A stretch of DNA of 64,000 nt. Source: Nemertoderma westbladi (taxonomy: Eukaryota; Animalia; Xenacoelomorpha). The notes under the pieces are model-generated. The model did no database searches and was not told the origin of the DNA. It worked only from the letters and a program-made list of their open reading frames with translations. The stretch's first letter is position 1, and every line of letters starts with the position of its first letter. Positions 59,415 to 64,000 of the stretch are shown piece by piece. The translations under genes and the position numbers were made by a program. The stretch covers positions 15,705-79,704 of the forward strand of contig JAUCBJ010006743.1 in NCBI GenBank assembly GCA_032718475.1, read 5' to 3'.

Positions 59415-62400
59415 TCATTGAACTCCGAATCTTGCTGGTTGCTTGTGAGTTCTCGAACTGCGCCTGGGAAGATCATCAGCGAACTGTACATGTTTTTGAG
59501 GCGTTATATCACGAAGAGAAGAGTCATCTGGGATGGAACGTAGATAACGACGATTTCTCCAATACACCCGACCATTGTCTAGTTCTATCCGGTAATCTCG
59601 CCTAGTACCACGGGAAAGGACGATACCAGATTTGTTCCATAGTTTGGAATGTGCACTCTGGATGCAAACTCGGGAACCAATAGGAATCGGGGTTAAGTCG
59701 TGAGCATGATCATTATAATATGATTCAGTTGCTGAAGACGTTGAAGGACCAGGGATAGGGAATGAATCACCTGCCAGTGTGGACGAATGAGCTGGTATAG
59801 TAGAACGGAGGGATCTACCGAACAACAGTTGAGCTGGAGACATACCATGTTCTTTAGGAGTATTTCTCCATTCCAGCAAACCACGAACAAAGCAAGTAGA
59901 GTTTAGATCTCCTTTGACATCTAACTTTTTTATCAATGATTTCATGGCCTTTACAGCCCCCTCTGCATGGCCATTAGACTGAGGATACTCAGGAGTAGAA
60001 TACTCAGGGATGATATTCCATTCGGATAAGAAATCATGATAACGTGCTGAATTAAATTGTGTACCACCATCAGAACGAAGGCGTTTTGGAATACCGAAAT
60101 CTTTGAACCATCCTCGAAGAGCTGAAATAACTTGAGAGCTGGAAGGATCGGCACGCCAAGAATGAACGCATGGCCACCCAGAATATCTATCGACATAAAC
60201 CAGGTATGACCAGGTGCTGAAGTAGAAAAGATCAGCAGAGCAATCCTCCATTGGAAGACATGGATGAGGGTCGCTTTGGAGAGACTCTTTAGGTAAACTT
60301 GGTTGATAAATTTGACACTGGGGACAAGAATTGACTATGTTTGTAATATCGCTATTGATACCAGGCCAGAATACAGTTTGCCTAGCTCTCCTCTTAGAAC
60401 GTTCAATGCCCTGATGAGCATCATGAAGGTGCTTCAGGACATTCTTGCGGAGGGAAGATGGAATTACAATCCGGGAACCTAATAAAAGAAGATTATCTTC
60501 ACAAGATAACTGATGTCGCACATTCCAGAATGGGCGTATGTGCACAGAATATTGTGCGGATGTTGAGGGAAATCCAGAAATAACAGCATCCACCAAAGCC
60601 ATGTAAGAAATATCATCCTTTGCAGATGATCGGATAGACTCAATATATGAATGCTTGAGATGACTTGGAGCATCAGAGACAACAATTGAGGTAGACACGT
60701 GACGAATGACTGCAGAAACATGGTCATTGACATCTGTATCACAAAGAATATCCTCTGGAGTAGGATCCGAAACAGGGGCATGGGAAAGTGTGTCTGGAAT
60801 CGAATCGATATCGGAAGTGATGTCGGAAGTGATATCGGAAGTGATATCGGAAGTGATATCGGAAGTGATATCAGAAGTGATATCGGAAGTGATATCGGAA
60901 GTGATATTGGAAGTGATATCGGAAGTGATATCGGAAGTGATATCGGAAATGATATCAGAAGTGATATCAGAAGTGATATCGGAAGTGATATCGGAAATGA
61001 TATCGGAAGTGATATCAGAAGTGATATCGGAAGTGATATCGGAAATGATATCGGAAGTGATATCAGAAGTGATATCGGAAGTGATATCGGAAGTGATATC
61101 GGAAATGATATCGGAAGTGATATCAGAAGTGATATCGGAAGTGATATCAGAAGTGATATTGGAAGTGATATCGGAAGTGATATCGGAAGTGATATCAGAA
61201 GTGATATCGGAAGTGATATCGGAAGGATGGACCCAATCAGTTGGTTCGTTATCCAGAACTGGACAAATAATACCTTGTTCAACCATTTTCTCTAAGCGAG
61301 CTTTAGCCCAGTCTCTAATGGCTAAAGGAAGTTGCCTGGCTGTATGAATAGCATATGGTTGGGCATCATCTTTTAATGAAATGGTCATGGGTGGGCCATT
61401 CATTGGACGAAGTTTGTCATCTTGGTCAAAAACATCAGAATAAGCCTTTATGAGTTTCTGCTTAACAGTATCCCATTCTGAAGGCGAAGGTTCATCAGAA
61501 AGATGGAAGTCAACCTTGAATGATGTTGTTGGAATTGAGTTTTTAATACCAATTGGTGACATATTAGAAGAATTAGAAGAAGCAACAGACTGAATTTCTG
61601 CCACTGGTTCTGGATATGAACTTGAAATAATTCCTAGGTTTTGACAAGTATACCATGCCAAAAGAATTCCATCGACTTCTTCACAAATGCAGATAAGCTC
61701 ATCAGTTGAATATTCACCATAGGAAATTGTGGTGTGGAGGAGACCAATGCATGAAAGAAGACTACCATTAGCAGCAGAAAGATCATCATGGTCTGGTGGA
61801 AGTAGATTTTCTTTGTCAATAGAAAGGGCCTGAAGAAAATCTAAGCCAGCAACAGTGGCCTCAGCACCAGTATCTGGAGTTGCTTTGAGAGAACCGAATA
61901 AATGTCCTGTTGCAATATGACAGAAGTTCAGAAATACTTTCGGAGCTTGACGATTATGGCTTCCAACCAAATTGAGGGTGATGCGGCTAATGGGTTTTGT
62001 CTTAGGTTTTGAAGATGAATTCGAATTATTTTGTTTAGACCGACAAACATTGGCAAAGTGGCCTTCCTTGCCACAATAAGAACAATCTTTGTTCCTTGCT
62101 GGACAGTCAGCGCGTTTATGGTCTGTTTTACCACAACCATAACAAACTATAGGGCCAGTAGTTGAAGAATTGTTTCTGGATTTGGATTTAGAAGAATTGT
62201 TGCGCCTGGAATTATAAGGCTTTTTGTTGTGAAAACGAGATTGTCGAGAAGCTTGGTTGATTGAAGGGTTTTTTAAATCCTGAACTCCAGCTTGGGCTGA
62301 TTCCTCAGACCTACAAAGATTTACAGCATCTTCAAGCGAAGGAAATGGAGTCAATGCAAGAAGTTTAGATCTGGTGTCCTCGCAAGAAATACCAGACATA

Positions 62401-63047
62401 ATTCGAGTAGTCAACCGCCGATCGAAACAATGACGACATAGATCAGCATCTCGAGCAAGATCTTTAATAGCAACCAGGTAGCTATCAAAATTTTCACTTT
62501 GACGTTGTTTCCTATTATCAAACTGAACACAATCAAGGGCTATATTCCGTTTACCACGAAAATAACTTTGAATACAATCTATTAACACCTGAACTGTTAA
62601 AGGATTATCATGTGTGTCAGGAGGAATGTCAATAACTTGTTCCAGTGTAGAGCGCATACCTATAGAAAGGTAACTCCTGAAAATACAGATTTGCCTATCC
62701 CTAGCCATTCTATCCATCTGAAATGCAGAATAATAATCCGCCCAAACCGACTTCCAAGTTTCAAATTTTGCTAAACTGAAATCCGGTTCTAAAGCAATTG
62801 GTGCTTTAATTTGAAGATTACGAGGGGTTGAGTCAGCCTGATGAACTACAGGTTGATGTGGTTGACCAAGTAATTGTTGAAATTGATGGGCATTTTGGGC
62901 TTGGGATTGTGCTAAGGAATCAGCCAAATCGCGTTGTGATTTAACTAAAGCATGTAGAAGAGCTGAGGTGGGATCAGGATTACCACGACCAGCCAACTGT
63001 TCTCTTAAAACCTCCAGTTCGGTTTCGAGTTCAGCTTTAGTAGGCAT
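59415..63047 (-). CDS. Gypsy Gag-protease-(SDIT repeat)-integrase fusion lacking RT/RNase H
   Basis: Gag (KQRQSENFDSY), knuckles CYGCGKTDHKRADC and CSYCGKEGHFANVC, protease PDTGA. The RT start (MVEQGII...WVHP) is followed by SDIT repeats, then IPDTLSH, then integrase (HDAHQG, CPQC, ADLF, SDGG, AEGAVK). Confidence 0.92.
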   Translation of the reverse strand: MPTKAELETELEVLREQLAGRGNPDPTSALLHALVKSQRDLADSLAQSQAQNAHQFQQLLGQPHQPVVHQADSTPRNLQIKAPIALEPDFSLAKFETWKSVWADYYSAFQMDRMARDRQICIFRSYLSIGMRSTLEQVIDIPPDTHDNPLTVQVLIDCIQSYFRGKRNIALDCVQFDNRKQRQSENFDSYLVAIKDLARDADLCRHCFDRRLTTRIMSGISCEDTRSKLLALTPFPSLEDAVNLCRSEESAQAGVQDLKNPSINQASRQSRFHNKKPYNSRRNNSSKSKSRNNSSTTGPIVCYGCGKTDHKRADCPARNKDCSYCGKEGHFANVCRSKQNNSNSSSKPKTKPISRITLNLVGSHNRQAPKVFLNFCHIATGHLFGSLKATPDTGAEATVAGLDFLQALSIDKENLLPPDHDDLSAANGSLLSCIGLLHTTISYGEYSTDELICICEEVDGILLAWYTCQNLGIISSSYPEPVAEIQSVASSNSSNMSPIGIKNSIPTTSFKVDFHLSDEPSPSEWDTVKQKLIKAYSDVFDQDDKLRPMNGPPMTISLKDDAQPYAIHTARQLPLAIRDWAKARLEKMVEQGIICPVLDNEPTDWVHPSDITSDITSDITSDITSDITSNITSDITSDITSDITSDIISDITSDITSDITSDITSDIISDITSDITSDITSDIISDITSDITSDITSDIISDITSDITSDITSNITSDITSDITSDITSDITSDITSDITSDITSDIDSIPDTLSHAPVSDPTPEDILCDTDVNDHVSAVIRHVSTSIVVSDAPSHLKHSYIESIRSSAKDDISYMALVDAVISGFPSTSAQYSVHIRPFWNVRHQLSCEDNLLLLGSRIVIPSSLRKNVLKHLHDAHQGIERSKRRARQTVFWPGINSDITNIVNSCPQCQIYQPSLPKESLQSDPHPCLPMEDCSADLFYFSTWSYLVYVDRYSGWPCVHSWRADPSSSQVISALRGWFKDFGIPKRLRSDGGTQFNSARYHDFLSEWNIIPEYSTPEYPQSNGHAEGAVKAMKSLIKKLDVKGDLNSTCFVRGLLEWRNTPKEHGMSPAQLLFGRSLRSTIPAHSSTLAGDSFPIPGPSTSSATESYYNDHAHDLTPIPIGSRVCIQSAHSKLWNKSGIVLSRGTRRDYRIELDNGRVYWRNRRYLRSIPDDSSLRDITPQKHVQFADDLPRRSSRTHKQPARFGVQ
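60805..61224. repeat. 12-bp tandem repeat (GGAAGTGATATC)n, ~35 copies, in frame
   Basis: Directly visible; encodes (SDIT)n on the minus strand. Confidence 0.97.
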
Positions 63048-63240
63048 ATCTGACTGTTGAATATTAGAGAAATTTCAGGAAATTAAATATCCGAAAAAAT
63101 TTGCAAAATCCGAAAAGAAAAAATTTTGCAAAAATGTGCAAAACTTTTGCATGCAAATCAGCCAAAATCTGTAGTTATCGAATACTGGCAGACTGGAATA
63201 CTGCCTGACTGCTGAATGTGAATAGGTACCGGTAGTTTCT

Positions 63241-63401
63241 AATTAGGCTAGCGGGCGTCGCTGCCTACCCCTCACGGCCCCCGGACAGTGCAAGGTCCTC
63301 AGCGCCGATGTACCGTCATCGCTGTGTTTTTCGCCAACGATGTAGCTACACAACGACAACGATAACCGCGAGCCACTCCACTGTCCGTCCCAAGGGCTTA
63401 G
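63241..63401 (-). ncRNA. Conserved structured cis-RNA element (candidate IRES-like), copy 2, in the Gypsy 5' leader
   Basis: The reverse complement aligns end to end with 4508-4670. It lies between the PBS and the gag ATG. Confidence 0.7.
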
Positions 63402-63563
63402 TTTAGAAGAGTACTGGAGTAGGTACACCACCGGAAGTATAGGTAGGTAGCTAGGCCTAGATCAGAATCAGTAGAGGCGACCGGTAGAATAATATTGAAT
63501 TATCTGACCTGCTGAATGCGCTGGAATGTCCACCATTTGAATAGGGTTGTAGGAACATCAAGT

Positions 63564-63577
63564 ACATCACTGCGCCA
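63564..63577 (-). promoter_or_regulatory. Primer binding site (TGGCGCAG, tRNA-Ser-type)
   Basis: TGGCGCAGTGATGT lies immediately 3' of the 5' LTR. The tRNA assignment is from recall of similar Gypsy PBSs. Confidence 0.75.
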
Positions 63578-63888
63578 TATTGGGATCGGAAATAAATGAA
63601 TACCAGCTGCATCAGTTTATTAATGGTCGACATACAGAACAGCATATCAAACAATAATATGAACCAACAGACCAACGAACACACCCACCACCTTCATTGA
63701 CCTTACAGCACATCAGTACAGCAGTACAGTAGGTACCGGTAACGGTTACAGTACCTACAGACCTAGAAGATAGGAAAGACTGAATACCGGAATACCAGAA
63801 GAGGACCGGTAGGTAAAAGACCAGTAGGTTGGATCTAACCACCACCAAGCCAGGGTCTACTAGAGCCCTAACAATACATAATCTAACA
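63578..63888 (-). repeat. 5' LTR of the Gypsy element
   Basis: Matches 59033-59343; followed by CTCCC. Confidence 0.95.
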
Positions 63889-64000
63889 CTCCCTAATCAT
63901 TTCGGAGTCTGCATGTCCTGTAGTTTATTTAGGCTTGAGAGTAGTCTGCCATCGTTTGGTCTGTACTTTGTTTGTGTAAGTCTGTACGGGTAGCGTATAA

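Larger units (their letters stand above)
59033..63888 (-). mobile_element. Ty3/Gypsy LTR retrotransposon, young and RT-less (non-autonomous)
   Basis: 311-bp LTRs at 59033-59343 and 63578-63888 appear identical, with minus-strand ends TG...TA. TSD CTCCC on both sides. PBS TGGCGCAGTGATG directly follows the 5' LTR. PPT GGGGGAGA precedes the 3' LTR. Confidence 0.95.

Noticed and set aside
60479-61347. Alternative-frame ORFs (ISLP, DIGS, SEVI repeats)
   Set aside because: By-products of the 12-bp repeat.

Overview
Eukaryotic (invertebrate-like) repeat-rich window. Bases 1-22.4 kb are a nest of LTR retrotransposons: the probable 5' end of a minus-strand element, a decayed plus-strand BEL/Pao element (#1), and a near-complete 14.2 kb minus-strand BEL/Pao element (#2). 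Both BEL elements carry a large extra ORF downstream of pol with a WRN/EXD-type (DEDDy) 3'-5' exonuclease-like domain followed by CCHC-type zinc knuckle(s). Next come an intronless ZFPL1 gene, a MITE, a Mutator-like foldback element with a 9-bp TSD, and a ~26 kb satellite of a 36-bp unit. The window ends with a young Ty3/Gypsy element (apparently identical LTRs, 5-bp TSD) whose RT-RNase H region is replaced in frame by a 12-bp tandem repeat. The most striking observation is a ~160-nt sequence with covarying stems that occurs twice: just upstream of the extra ORF of BEL #1 and in the 5' leader of the unrelated Gypsy element. It is a candidate shared IRES-like structured RNA. All calls were made by eye, without database searches.
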